64,000 nt of DNA, from positions 3,168,001 to 3,232,000 of the forward strand of contig CBDCGL010000011.1 in NCBI GenBank assembly GCA_965216755.1, written 5' to 3'. The DNA is from Alphaproteobacteria bacterium (GTDB taxonomy: Bacteria; Pseudomonadota; Alphaproteobacteria; UBA7887). Of the stretch, positions 29,806-40,336 are shown in pieces. A program made the translations under genes and the position numbers. The notes below the pieces were generated by a model. The model was not told where the DNA came from. It was given only the letters and a program-made list of their open reading frames with translations, and did not search any database. Position 1 is the stretch's first letter; every line of letters starts with the position of its first letter.

Positions 29806-32661
29806 ATGACCGAGCCCGCCATCGACACCGCGCCCGTCGTTTCCGACCAGATCAAGACAACCACCTGCTACATGTGCGCGTGCCGGTGCGGCATCAAAGT
29901 GCATCTACGCGACGGCGCGATCCGGTTCATCGAAGGCAATCCGGATCACCCGGTCAATCGCGGCGTTTTGTGCGCCAAAGGTTCGGCGGGGATCATGACC
30001 CAGCAATCGCCGGCCCGTTTGCGTAAACCGCTGTTGCGCGTCGGCCCGCGCGGCACCAACCAGTTTCACGAAATTGAATGGGATGAGGCCCTGGCGCTCG
30101 CCGCCGAATGGCTGAGCGACATCCGCAACAGCGACCCGCGCAAGCTGGCTTTTTTCACCGGTCGTGATCAGAGCCAGTCATTGACCGGTTGGTGGGCCAG
30201 CCAGTTCGGCACGCCAAACCACGCCGCCCACGGCGGTTTCTGCTCGGTCAACATGGCGGCGGCCGGCCTTTACACGATCGGTGGTTCGTTCTGGGAATTC
30301 GGTGAGGTCGACTGGGAGCACACCCGCTACTTGATGATGTTCGGCGTTGCCGAGGACCACGATTCGAATCCGATCAAGATTGGCCTCAGCAAGCTCAAGC
30401 AACGCGGTGCCAAGATCGTTGCGATCAACCCGGTGCGGACAGGCTATTCGGCTGTAGCCGACGAATGGATCGGCATCCGGCCGGGTACCGACGGTCTGTT
30501 GATCGGCGCCTTGATTCGTGAACTGCTTTTGGCGGACAAGGTTGACTTTGCCTATTTGGCGCGGCTGACCAACGCCCCTTGGCTGGTTATCCAAGATTCG
30601 GGTGCCGCCGATGACGGCCTGATCGCCCGAGATCAAGACGGCAATCCATTGTGTTACGACGGCCGGCGCCGGCAAATCGCGAACGCGTTGGCGACCGGCG
30701 TCACCCCCGCCTTGGTCGGCGACGTCACGCTGCCGGACGGACGCCGCGCTCGGCCGGCGTTCGCCCTGATGGCTGAACGCTTTTTGGACGACCGCTACGA
30801 CCCCGAAACCGTCGGTGCGCAAACGGGTATAGCACCGGCAACCATTCGCCGTTTGGCGGCCGAGCTGGCGCATACCGCCTTTGCCCAGCCGGTCACGCTG
30901 AATGTGGCGTGGACCGACTGGGCCGGCCGCCGACACGACAAGATGGTTGGTCGGCCGGTGTCCTTTCACGCCATGCGCGGTATCTCCGCGCACAGCAACG
31001 GCTTTCACACCTGTCGCGCCCTGCACCTGCTGCAAATCCTGCTCGGCGCCATCGATTGCCCCGGCGGTATGCGCTATAAGCCGCCCTTTCCGCGCGCCAT
31101 TCCACCCGCACAAAAACCGGCCGGCAAGTCCAGTGCCGCCGCGACACCACTTGGCGGCCCGCCGCTCGGCTTCCCGACCAGCCCTGAGGACTTGTTGGTC
31201 GAAGATGACGGCGCGCCGTTGCGCATCGACAAGGCCTACAGCTGGGATGCGCCGCTCGCTGCCCACGGCATGATGCACATGGTGATCGCCAACGCGGTCG
31301 CCGCCGATCCTTATCCGATCGATACGCTGTTTATGTACATGGCCAATATGAGCTGGAACTCGACCATGAATACGGCCGAGACCATGGCCATGCTGGCGGC
31401 CAAGGACCCGGACACCGACAGTTATCGCATACCGCATGTTATCTACGCCGACGCGTTCGCTTCGGAAATGGTCGCCTGGGCGGATCTGGTTTTGCCGGAC
31501 ACGACCTATTTGGAGCGCTGGGACGCGATCTCACTGCTCGATCGCCCGATCTCCGACGCCGACGGGCCAGCGGATTCGATTCGCCAACCTGTGGTGACGC
31601 CAGATCGCGACGTGCGACCGTTCCAAGACGTGCTGTTGGACTTGGGCGCGCGCCTGGGTCTGCCCGGCATGGTCAACGACGACGGCACGACGGCATATCC
31701 GGGCGGCTACGCTGACTATTTGGTCAATCACGAACGGGCGCCAGGCCTCGGCCCGCTGGCGGGCTGGCGCGGAACAAACGGCGCATCCCATGGCACCGGC
31801 GCGCCAAACCCCGAACAGCTGCAGCGCTATATCGACAACGGTTGTTTCTGGCATCACAGGTTGGCGCCAGAGCAAAGCTATTTCAAGAACGTCAATAAGG
31901 CCTATCTGGAATGGGCGACGGCAATGAAATTCATCGCCGCGCCGACACCGATATTGCTGCAAATCTATAGCGAGCCCATGCAACAGTTTCGGTTGGCCGC
32001 GCGCGGTCATGGACCGACACAGCCGCCCGACGGGCATCGCGCACGAATCGAGACATATTTCGACCCGCTGCCGATATGGTATCCGCCGTTTGAAGGTGCC
32101 GCGCTCGACGAAAACAGTTATCCCCTGCACGCCGTTACGCAGCGACCCATGGCCGTCTACCATTCGTGGGGCGGCCACAATGCCTGGCAGCGGCAAATAC
32201 ATGGACAGAACCGCTTGTATCTGCACCGCGATCTGGGCGCGGCACTGGGCGTTGGCGACGACGACTGGGTGTGGGTCGAGAGCCATAATGGGCGCATCAA
32301 AGTGCAGGTGCGCCTGATGACCGGCGTCAATCCGGACACAGTTTGGACCTGGAACGCGATCGGCAAGCAACGTGGCAGTTGGAACTTGTCGCCGCAAGCG
32401 CCCGAGGCCCAACGTGGCTTCTTGCTCAACCATTTGATTGCCGAAACGCTGCCCGGCGCCGGCGAAGACTATGGCTTTGCCAACAGCGACCCGGTCACGG
32501 GCCAAGCCGCGTGGTATGATTTGCGCGTGCGCATCGAGCGCGCCGGTGCCGGCGCCGGCCACACGGAACCCCTAGTCCAGGCGCTGGATCGCTTGCCGGG
32601 ATTGACCCGTGCGCCGTCGGTTTTGCGCGTCGGTCAGCAATTTAGGTCGCGCGCGCGATGA
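29806..32661 (+). CDS. soeA: sulfite dehydrogenase molybdopterin subunit SoeA
   Basis: KTTTCYMCACRCGI 4Fe-4S motif, FFTGRDQSQ, AHGGFCSVNMA, HAMRGISAHSNG; no twin-arginine signal seen. Confidence 0.85.
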   Translation: MTEPAIDTAPVVSDQIKTTTCYMCACRCGIKVHLRDGAIRFIEGNPDHPVNRGVLCAKGSAGIMTQQSPARLRKPLLRVGPRGTNQFHEIEWDEALALAAEWLSDIRNSDPRKLAFFTGRDQSQSLTGWWASQFGTPNHAAHGGFCSVNMAAAGLYTIGGSFWEFGEVDWEHTRYLMMFGVAEDHDSNPIKIGLSKLKQRGAKIVAINPVRTGYSAVADEWIGIRPGTDGLLIGALIRELLLADKVDFAYLARLTNAPWLVIQDSGAADDGLIARDQDGNPLCYDGRRRQIANALATGVTPALVGDVTLPDGRRARPAFALMAERFLDDRYDPETVGAQTGIAPATIRRLAAELAHTAFAQPVTLNVAWTDWAGRRHDKMVGRPVSFHAMRGISAHSNGFHTCRALHLLQILLGAIDCPGGMRYKPPFPRAIPPAQKPAGKSSAAATPLGGPPLGFPTSPEDLLVEDDGAPLRIDKAYSWDAPLAAHGMMHMVIANAVAADPYPIDTLFMYMANMSWNSTMNTAETMAMLAAKDPDTDSYRIPHVIYADAFASEMVAWADLVLPDTTYLERWDAISLLDRPISDADGPADSIRQPVVTPDRDVRPFQDVLLDLGARLGLPGMVNDDGTTAYPGGYADYLVNHERAPGLGPLAGWRGTNGASHGTGAPNPEQLQRYIDNGCFWHHRLAPEQSYFKNVNKAYLEWATAMKFIAAPTPILLQIYSEPMQQFRLAARGHGPTQPPDGHRARIETYFDPLPIWYPPFEGAALDENSYPLHAVTQRPMAVYHSWGGHNAWQRQIHGQNRLYLHRDLGAALGVGDDDWVWVESHNGRIKVQVRLMTGVNPDTVWTWNAIGKQRGSWNLSPQAPEAQRGFLLNHLIAETLPGAGEDYGFANSDPVTGQAAWYDLRVRIERAGAGAGHTEPLVQALDRLPGLTRAPSVLRVGQQFRSRAR

Positions 32662-33401
32662 CCGGCTTGCCCCAAGACCCACCCGCGCGACGTTTGGGAT
32701 TGGTTATCGATTTGGACACCTGCGTCGGCTGTCACGCCTGCGCGGTCAATTGCAAGGCGTGGAACAGCGGCGGTCACGCCGCGCCGTTGACCGATCTCGA
32801 CGCGTATGGCACGGCGCCACGCGGGGTCTGGTTCAACCGTGTCCATGGCTATGAGGTTGATGACGGCGCGGCCGGCCGCACCGTCTATTTTCCCAAGTCT
32901 TGCTTACATTGCGACAATGCCGCTTGCGTGACCGTGTGCCCGACTGGCGCCTCTTACAAGCGCGCCGCCGATGGCATCGTGCTGGTCGACGAAGACAAGT
33001 GCATCGGCTGCAAATTGTGTAGCTGGGCCTGCCCCTATGGCGCGCGCGAGTTCGACGAAGACGCCGGCGTGATGAAGAAATGCACGCTGTGTGTCGACCG
33101 CATTTACAACGACAACTTGCCCGAGCGTGATCGGGTGCCGGCCTGCGTGAGCACATGTCCGGCCTCTGCGCGTCATTTCGGCGATCTCGCCGATCCCGAC
33201 TCGGCGGTCTCAAAGTTGGTGGCGGAACGGGGCGGTTACGACCTGATGGCGACCATGGACTATCGACCCACCAACAAATATCTGCCGCCGCGGCCGCGCC
33301 GTAGACCCGCCAGCGATGACGCGGCGCCACCGGCCTTGGCGCCGACCGCGCCCGCCGAAGGCAAGTTCCTGCAGTGGGTTGATCGTTTGTTTTCACGCTA
33401 A
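32658..33401 (+). CDS. soeB: sulfite dehydrogenase Fe-S subunit SoeB
   Basis: GLVIDLDTCVGCHAC, CLHC..A.CV.VCPTGAS, CIGCKLCSWACPYG, KKCTLC. Confidence 0.85.
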   Translation: MTGLPQDPPARRLGLVIDLDTCVGCHACAVNCKAWNSGGHAAPLTDLDAYGTAPRGVWFNRVHGYEVDDGAAGRTVYFPKSCLHCDNAACVTVCPTGASYKRAADGIVLVDEDKCIGCKLCSWACPYGAREFDEDAGVMKKCTLCVDRIYNDNLPERDRVPACVSTCPASARHFGDLADPDSAVSKLVAERGGYDLMATMDYRPTNKYLPPRPRRRPASDDAAPPALAPTAPAEGKFLQWVDRLFSR

Positions 33402-33422
33402 TCTTTAATCAGTAAACGATCC

Positions 33423-34361
33423 ATGCATCCGGCTTATTCGATCATTTTTTTTACCGTGGCGTCTGGCGCCGGCTTTGGATTGATCGCCGTCGCGGCCGCG
33501 ACCTATTTGGTCAGCGACGTGACCGCGGTCATCGGCCCGACATTGGCCGCGTTGGTGACCGGCGTTACCGCCGCCGCCGGTGGACTGATTTCGTCGACTT
33601 ACCATCTTGGTCGTCCGGAACGGGCCTTGCGGGCCTTCACCCAGTGGCGCACATCGTGGCTATCGCGTGAAGCCATCGCGGCGGTCGCCGCGCTTGCCGT
33701 AACCGCCGTGTTTTTCGTCTGCCTGCTGGTGTCCGGTTTGCGTGGCCTTGTTGGTTTGAGCGCGATTCTGAGTTTGGGCCTGGCTGCCATCACGGTCTTT
33801 TTTACGGCGATGATCTACGCCTCGCTGCGCCCCATCGCCGCGTGGCATTTGCCGCATGTACCCCTCATATATCTCAGCCTCGCGGCGATGACGGGGGCGT
33901 TGTGGTTCAATGTGATGGTCGGGCTATTTGGCCGAATCGGTCCCGGATTGGTCGCCGTGGCGGTGACCCTTACCTTGGGATCGTGGCTGCTCAAGCGAGT
34001 CTATTGGCGGACGATCGATGGCACCGACAACGTCGACGGCGGCTTGGCCACCGGCCTGAGCCGAATCGGCCCGACCCAGGCGTTGGACCCACCGCACACT
34101 GAAGTCAATTATTTGCAGCGCGAAATGGGCTTCCGCGTGGCGCGCACGCACGCTCAGAAATTACGGACGACGACCGAAATTATCGGTTTCGCGCTGCCCA
34201 TCGTGCTGACTGTGTTTGCCTTGGCGCTGGGCGGGTGGGCGATCCTGTTTCTGATTCTCGCCGCGTCCGCAGCCACCGCCGGCATGCTGATTGAACGTTG
34301 GCTGTTTTTTGCGGAAGCGCGCCACAGCGTGAGCGCCTATTATGGCGCCGCGTCGGAGTGA
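33423..34361 (+). CDS. soeC: sulfite dehydrogenase membrane anchor SoeC (DmsC/NrfD-like)
   Basis: MHPAYSIIFFT.ASG.G, HLGRPERA.RAF.QWRTSWLSRE, ERWLFFAEA.H. Confidence 0.85.
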   Translation: MHPAYSIIFFTVASGAGFGLIAVAAATYLVSDVTAVIGPTLAALVTGVTAAAGGLISSTYHLGRPERALRAFTQWRTSWLSREAIAAVAALAVTAVFFVCLLVSGLRGLVGLSAILSLGLAAITVFFTAMIYASLRPIAAWHLPHVPLIYLSLAAMTGALWFNVMVGLFGRIGPGLVAVAVTLTLGSWLLKRVYWRTIDGTDNVDGGLATGLSRIGPTQALDPPHTEVNYLQREMGFRVARTHAQKLRTTTEIIGFALPIVLTVFALALGGWAILFLILAASAATAGMLIERWLFFAEARHSVSAYYGAASE

Positions 34362-34465
34362 TGGCCGACCGCGCCCGGAACGGACATCGTTGTGGGCCAG
34401 GCGACGCGGTATGAGAACCGATCGGGACGTTCTAACCTGTGGCACGAATTTGGGGGACAGACATC

Positions 34466-34729
34466 GTGGATCCAGCAATGGGATTGATTATTAGCCTGGT
34501 CGTCGGCGCGGTCGGCGGCATTATCGCCGGGATGATATTTCCGAAAATCAGCCTCGGCAATCTGTGGAACGCGGTTGCCGGCATCTTCGGCGGCGGCATT
34601 GGCGGGCAGATCCTGGGCCTGATCGGGCTGGGCGGCACCGGTTTGATCGGTGGCATTATCGCCGCCGCGATTGGCGGCGCCGTATTGCTGTTGATCGTCG
34701 GGTTGGTGCGTCAGGCACTCGGCCGTTGA
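34466..34729 (+). CDS. small Gly-rich membrane protein (GlsB/YeaQ/YmgE-like)
   Basis: Three Gly/Ile-rich helices, AAAIGGAVLLLIVGLV; GGGGGA ribosome-binding site before GTG. Confidence 0.75.
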   Translation: MDPAMGLIISLVVGAVGGIIAGMIFPKISLGNLWNAVAGIFGGGIGGQILGLIGLGGTGLIGGIIAAAIGGAVLLLIVGLVRQALGR

Positions 34730-35709
34730 GACTTGGATAAAGTCGACCGGGGCGCGCGGCTAACCAACGCGATCCCAGCGATAATCAGCACCAGTGCGAT
34801 GATGTCGTTGTGTGATGGCCGCTCGCCCAGGAAGACCACACCCAAGACGACGCCGGTGACCGGAATCAAATAGTTGACCAGCGATGTCGCCGTCGCTCCG
34901 GCGGTGGCGACAAGATGCAAAAAGACAATGGTCGCGAGCGCCGTGCTCAACACGCCCAACGCGATCAAGCCTGTGATCGCGCCGAGATCGGGCGACAATG
35001 TCCATGGTGCATCGACCAACAGACTGACCGGCACGATCATCACCACGCTTGCCAGGGTCAACGCACAGGCCGCCGGCGCCGCGGGAACCGTGATCCGACG
35101 CGCCAGCACCAAATTGCAGGCATAGCTGAGGGCGCCGCCAATGACCGCAACCTTGGCCGCCAGTGCACCGGTGACTGCGCCGACCATGTCGGGCGCCACC
35201 AAAATGCAGAGGCCAACGAAACCCAGCCCGACCCCCGCCGCAACGCGCGCGCGCAACGGCTCGCCGGCGCTGAACCAATGCGCCAAGACCATGGTGAACA
35301 AGGGGACAGCGCCGATCAAAATCGCGGCGACGCCACTGTCGATCCGGGTTTGCCCCCAGCTGATCAATACAAACGGCAAGGCGTTGCCGGTCAATCCAAG
35401 CAGCACCATCAATCCGGGCTGGGCACGCCAAACGTCGGCGACAGATGTGCCCCGACCGCGCACAAAGAACCACAGGGCGAGCGCCGCGATCGCCAACCGC
35501 GTGGCGACCAAGGTGGCCGGCGGCACCGATTCGACCACAATATCGATAAGTGTGAAAGAGCCGCCCCAGAGCAGGGCGAGCAACGCCAAGAGCGCCACGT
35601 CGCGCGCGGTCAACGTCGCGATCCGAGGGCGTCCGAGAACGTCAGTGGCTGGTCGCCGGCACGCACCGACATCGACGCAATGCATCACGCAGCGCTGCCG
35701 CCAATTCAA
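34711..35709 (-). CDS. DMT/EamA-family transporter (start uncertain)
   Basis: LLWGGSF, GNALPF.LISWG, SLVNYLIP..GV.LG..FLGE. Confidence 0.9.
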   Translation of the reverse strand: MNWRQRCVMHCVDVGACRRPATDVLGRPRIATLTARDVALLALLALLWGGSFTLIDIVVESVPPATLVATRLAIAALALWFFVRGRGTSVADVWRAQPGLMVLLGLTGNALPFVLISWGQTRIDSGVAAILIGAVPLFTMVLAHWFSAGEPLRARVAAGVGLGFVGLCILVAPDMVGAVTGALAAKVAVIGGALSYACNLVLARRITVPAAPAACALTLASVVMIVPVSLLVDAPWTLSPDLGAITGLIALGVLSTALATIVFLHLVATAGATATSLVNYLIPVTGVVLGVVFLGERPSHNDIIALVLIIAGIALVSRAPRSTLSKSQRPSA

Positions 35710-36169
35710 CGCGCTCGGCGCTGGTCAGGAACGTTCCGACGGTCAATCGGCGGCCGTGCGACCCCAGCATCAAACGGCTGTCATGCGCGGTCGGGCGTTC
35801 GAGTTCAACCTGCAACCAATAGGGCTGAAAGTTCCACGATTGCACGGCGCCGCCCGGAGTCACGCGGCGAACCAACAAATTCGACGGCGTCAGCCGCAAA
35901 GTTTCGACCAAACGCCCGTCGCGATAATTGAGCCGAAAAGCGATATAGAGAAGCAAGACGTCAAGGCCCAAGAATCCGGCCACGGGCCACGCGCCGGCAA
36001 TCAAGAACATCATCCCGGTGACAGCGCAGAAACCGCCGAACAGAGCCATCAAAATCAAAAAACCGCCACGATTGAGCGACCGATTCGGATGCAGAACTGC
36101 ATCGAACAACAGGTCCTCGTCGGCGCGGGCGGCGCTTTGTAGCGTGTTGGCCGGGGCTGGTTCCGTCAT
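35642..36169 (-). CDS. DUF2244 membrane protein
   Basis: LHPNRSL...GF, GAWPV.GF.GLDV, G.FL...ER. Confidence 0.85.
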   Translation of the reverse strand: MTEPAPANTLQSAARADEDLLFDAVLHPNRSLNRGGFLILMALFGGFCAVTGMMFLIAGAWPVAGFLGLDVLLLYIAFRLNYRDGRLVETLRLTPSNLLVRRVTPGGAVQSWNFQPYWLQVELERPTAHDSRLMLGSHGRRLTVGTFLTSAERVELAAALRDALRRCRCVPATSH

Positions 36170-36239
36170 CGGACTATGATAGGGTGTGGCCATCACCCAA
36201 GTCAAAGCGCCGCGCGGTGCCACGCGCGGCGATTGCCTC

Positions 36240-36881
36240 ATGAGCAAAGCCCGAGCCAAACAGGTTTTTGATCGATTCGCGGCGGCGGATCCATCGCCAA
36301 AGGGCGAACTCGACTACGACAATCCGTTCACTCTGTTGGTCGCGGTGGTTTTGTCCGCGCAGGCCACGGACGTCGGCGTCAACAAAGCCACGCCGGCCTT
36401 GTTTGCGGCCGCCGATACGCCGGAAAAGATGGTCGCCTTGGGTGAGGATCGCGTGCGCGACCACATCAGGTCGATCGGGCTCTATCGTAACAAAGCAAAA
36501 AATGTCGTCGCCTTGAGCCAACGCTTGATCGACGCCTTTGATAGCGCGGTGCCGGCCGACCGCGCCGCGTTAGAGACCCTGCCGGGGGTCGGCCGCAAGA
36601 CCGCCAACGTGGTGCTGAACATCGCCTTTGGCCAACCGACCATCGCCGTCGACACGCATTTGTTTCGAGTCTGCAACCGCACCGGGCTGGCGCCGGGAAA
36701 GACGCCTTTGGCCGTCGAAGAAAAACTTGAGAAAGTCGTCGCCGATGAACACAAACGGCATGCCCATCATTGGCTGATCCTGCATGGACGCTATGTATGC
36801 ACGGCGCGCAAGCCGAATTGTCCCGGCTGCCTGATCAACGATTTGTGCCGCTACAAGGCGAAGACCGGCGCCGCGGCTTGA
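36240..36881 (+). CDS. nth: endonuclease III
   Basis: LVAVVLSAQATD, LPGVGRKTANV, VDTH, C-terminal 4Fe-4S cysteine cluster. Confidence 0.98.
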   Translation: MSKARAKQVFDRFAAADPSPKGELDYDNPFTLLVAVVLSAQATDVGVNKATPALFAAADTPEKMVALGEDRVRDHIRSIGLYRNKAKNVVALSQRLIDAFDSAVPADRAALETLPGVGRKTANVVLNIAFGQPTIAVDTHLFRVCNRTGLAPGKTPLAVEEKLEKVVADEHKRHAHHWLILHGRYVCTARKPNCPGCLINDLCRYKAKTGAAA

Positions 36882-36902
36882 CACGGCGCCGCGCCTGAGA
36901 TG

Positions 36903-37637
36903 TTACAGGCGATCGCGACGCCGCAGCCGTTCCCAGATATGAACCATCAAAGCCGTGCCATAGACCGGCCCGGCCAGGTTCAGAAGCGGCACCCAAAAAA
37001 CCACTGCAATGGCGACGCCGGCCAGCCAAATTCGGCCCCGATTGCGGCGCCGCGCGCGTGCGGCGGCGGCTGGCGACATCCGCCGTAGTGCCACCGCTTC
37101 GAAATACTCGCGGCCCAGCAACAGGCCGTTGACCGCGAAATAGAGCACAAACCCTGTGGCCAGAATCAATGGCAGGGTGACCAGATTGATCAGGGTCGAC
37201 CAAACGACCAGGCGCACACCGGCAAGGACCACCGGCGTGATCGGCATTTTCGGCGCGGCGGGCAGCGCCGGATAGTGGCGGCGCTCCACTGCCGCGGCGA
37301 TTCGGTCTTGGAAGATACCGGCCACCATGGTCGCGACCGGCGGAAATAGGATGAACGTCAACGTGATGCCGAGGCCGACACCCAAAATGCCCGCGACCCA
37401 ATCGACCAGGCTGTTCAGCCAGCCGGTTTCGAACCAAGTGATACTGGTCAAAACGGTGCCCGCGGTCAGCCAGATAAGCACAAACAGGGCCGCCGTGACC
37501 GTTAGCACTTGCAACAGGATTCGGCGCAGTGCCGGATCGAACAGATCACCTAGCGCCGTGGTGACCGCACCGATCACCGTCGCCGCCTTTTGCGCGCGTT
37601 GTTGCGCAATTTGTCTGCCGCCATCATTGTCTCCCAA
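36903..37637 (-). CDS. EI24/CysZ-like membrane protein
   Basis: F.D.IA.AVE.RHYP, NG.LLGREYFE. Confidence 0.8.
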   Translation of the reverse strand: MGDNDGGRQIAQQRAQKAATVIGAVTTALGDLFDPALRRILLQVLTVTAALFVLIWLTAGTVLTSITWFETGWLNSLVDWVAGILGVGLGITLTFILFPPVATMVAGIFQDRIAAAVERRHYPALPAAPKMPITPVVLAGVRLVVWSTLINLVTLPLILATGFVLYFAVNGLLLGREYFEAVALRRMSPAAAARARRRNRGRIWLAGVAIAVVFWVPLLNLAGPVYGTALMVHIWERLRRRDRL

Positions 37638-37749
37638 CCAAACATTCGACTAATATTTACCGAATGCACCGTCCTCCGCCCGACAAATCTGTCTGCTGTG
37701 CGCATTGTTCCGGCCCACGGCCAATCATGATGAGGCCGCGGGGTGGTCT

Positions 37750-38400
37750 GTGACGAAATCTGACCAGACGGCGGAGGCCTCGGTTTCGGATGGGCGCGCT
37801 CTGTTTGTGACCAAGATCATGCCGGTGTTTCGTGCTCATGGATATGACGGCACCAGCCTGGCCCAGTTGGCGGCCGCCTGCGGGGTGCGCAAAGCGAGCC
37901 TCTATCACCACTTTCCGGGCGGCAAAGACGAGATCGCCAACGCGGCGTTGGATCATTGCGCCGCCTGGTTCGACGATCATGTCTTTCGCCCGTTACGGTC
38001 CGACCAGCGGCCGGCGGCGCGCTTTGCCGCCATGCTCGACACGCTGGACGACCATTATCAAACTGGCGCCGCGCCGTGCTTGTTTGGCGCCTTCGCGACA
38101 ACCGCCACACGTGATCGATTTGCAACAAAAATTGCCGATTTCTTCGCGGCCTGGATTGCCAGCTTGGGCGCGACCCTGACCGACGGCGGCGTGCCGCCGG
38201 AAGACGCGGTGCGCCGGGCGGCCGATATTGTCATGGATATTGAGGGCGCGATTCTCATGTCCCGGGCTTTGGGAACGACAGGGCCTTTTCGCCGATTGAT
38301 AAGGCGGCTTCAGTCGGGATTGCCGGCGCCGGCCGCAGGCGCCGACCACGACGCGACCGAAAGCGATCAGGCGCCGATCCGCCTTGCCGCGCACGGGTGA
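37750..38400 (+). CDS. TetR-family transcriptional regulator
   Basis: F..HGYDGTSL..LA...GV.KASLYHHFPGGKDE. Confidence 0.92.
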   Translation: MTKSDQTAEASVSDGRALFVTKIMPVFRAHGYDGTSLAQLAAACGVRKASLYHHFPGGKDEIANAALDHCAAWFDDHVFRPLRSDQRPAARFAAMLDTLDDHYQTGAAPCLFGAFATTATRDRFATKIADFFAAWIASLGATLTDGGVPPEDAVRRAADIVMDIEGAILMSRALGTTGPFRRLIRRLQSGLPAPAAGADHDATESDQAPIRLAAHG

Positions 38401-38525
38401 GTCACGGGATCTTGGCGGGTGGTCTTGTTCGCCCCTGGGCGGCAGCTATACTGCGCGCGAATTGCACCGCCGTGCGCCGCGCGCGGGACTGGTTTTGTTG
38501 ACCCCATATTGCACCTAGGATCGCC

Positions 38526-39503
38526 ATGACCCAATCCATCACCGACGTGATCGGCATCGGCAACGCCATCGTCGACGTGCTCAGCCACGCCGAGGACGAT
38601 TTCCTGGTCAGTCACGGCTTGACCAAGGGGGTCATGACGTTGATCGACGCCGAACAGGCCAACCGCCTGTACGATAATATGGGCCCGGGTGTGGAAATGT
38701 CGGGGGGTTCCGCCGCCAACACCATCGCCGGTTTGGCGTCATTGGGCGGCCACGGCGCGTTTGTAGGCAAGGTTTGCGACGACCAGCTCGGCAAGGTCTT
38801 TCGCCACGATATTCGGTCATTGGGCGTCGCGTTCGACACGTCGGCGGTGCACGACAGCGCGCCGACGGCGCGTTGCCTGATTTTGGTGACCCCCGACGCA
38901 CAGCGGACCATGAACACCTATCTGGGCGCCTGCGTCGAATTGGGACCTAACGATATTGACCCGGCGACGATCGCCGGTGCCAAGATCACCTATTTGGAAG
39001 GCTATTTGTGGGACCCGCCCGGCGCCAAAGACGCATTTCGCAAGGCTGTCGACATCGCGCGCCAAGCCGATCGTAAAGTCGCGCTATCGCTGTCTGACCC
39101 GTTTTGTGTTGATCGATATCGCCATGAATTCCGCGAATTGGTCGAACATGGTGTCGATATCGTGTTCGCCAACGAGGACGAGCTGAAATCTTTGTACGAA
39201 GTCGAAACGTTTGACGAAGGTCTGCAACATATTCGCGGCCACTGCGAAATCGCGGCTTTGACGCGCAGCGAAAAGGGATCTGTGGTCGTTTCCGGCGATG
39301 AGATCCATGTTGTCGACGCGATCCCCGTCGATCACGTGGTCGATACCACAGGGGCCGGCGATCTTTATGCCGCCGGCGTGCTCTTCGGTCTGACGCAAGG
39401 ATTGTCGCTGTATGACTGTGGCCGGATCGGCGGCATCGCCGCGGCCGAGGTGATCAGCCATTTTGGTGCCCGACCCGAGGTGCCTCTGTCGTCTCTGATC
39501 TAG
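38526..39503 (+). CDS. adenosine kinase (PfkB family)
   Basis: GIGNAIVD, SGGSAANT, FANEDE, VDTTGAGDLYAAG. Confidence 0.92.
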   Translation: MTQSITDVIGIGNAIVDVLSHAEDDFLVSHGLTKGVMTLIDAEQANRLYDNMGPGVEMSGGSAANTIAGLASLGGHGAFVGKVCDDQLGKVFRHDIRSLGVAFDTSAVHDSAPTARCLILVTPDAQRTMNTYLGACVELGPNDIDPATIAGAKITYLEGYLWDPPGAKDAFRKAVDIARQADRKVALSLSDPFCVDRYRHEFRELVEHGVDIVFANEDELKSLYEVETFDEGLQHIRGHCEIAALTRSEKGSVVVSGDEIHVVDAIPVDHVVDTTGAGDLYAAGVLFGLTQGLSLYDCGRIGGIAAAEVISHFGARPEVPLSSLI

Positions 39504-40336
39504 GGCTTGTTGAGAATTAGGATTCCCATGGTGTTGTATTTGTGATTCAAGCTTCCTTTTGGGGGCTTTGATGACGCGTACAGTACTTTCAGACGATCAA
39601 TGGGCCAAGATGGAGCCGCATTGCTTAGGCAAGCGGACTGATCCGGGCCGCAGTGGTGATAACAACCGGTTGTTTGTCGAAGGGGTTTTGTGGAAGGCGC
39701 GGACGGGCAGTCCTTGGCGCGATCTTCCTGAAGAATTCGGCAAGTGGAACACGGTATTCAAGCGGTTTGACGATTGGTCGAAGGCGGGCGTTTTCGAACG
39801 CCTCTTTGCCGCGGTCTCGGATGACCCTGATATGGAATATGCCATGATCGACGCCACCATTGTTCCGGTCCACCGCCACGGACACGGCGCAAAAGGGGGA
39901 CTCAAAATCAAGCCATCGGCAAGTCGAAGGGAGGCTGGACCACCAAAATCCTTGCGCTGACGGATGGCTTGGGAAATCTCGTACGCTTTGTCCTGCTGGC
40001 GGGAAACCGTTACGATACGGTCGGTGTTGCGCCGCTAATCGAAGACATCGAATTCGACGCAGTGCTGGCCGATAAAGCATTCGATTCCAACTGGATCATC
40101 GAAGAGATGAATGAACGCGGGGCGCAGATCGTCATTTCGCAACGCCCCCAGAGGTTGGCCCCTCTCAAGATTGATCTGGAGATCTACAAGTGGCGCCACC
40201 TGATCGAAAACTTCTTTGCGAAGCTCAAGGAATTCAAAGCGGTCGCCATGCGTTGCGAAAAGACAGATCGTAACTTTTGTTCCATGATTCACGCATGCGC
40301 CGCGGTCATCAATTCTCGATGAATCTCAACAAGCCC
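39503..40336 (+). mobile_element. IS5-family (IS427-like) insertion sequence, ~834 bp
   Basis: Terminal inverted repeats GGGCTTGTTGAGA ... TCTCAACAAGCCC; CTAG/TA flanks at 39500-39503 and 40336-40339; two-frame transposase. Confidence 0.95.
39571..40322 (+). CDS. IS5-family transposase, expressed by -1 frameshift
   Basis: orfA LSDDQW...RTGSPWRDLP..FG.W...IDAT; slippery AAAAGGGGG at 39891-39899; -1 frame continues G.SKGGWTTKI...ADKAFD...YKWRHLIENFF..LKEF. Confidence 0.92.

Noticed and set aside
39559-40322. Split transposase interpreted as a pseudogene
   Set aside because: The two frames join at an AAAAGGGGG slippery site in the -1 relation typical of IS427-like elements, and the terminal repeats are intact.
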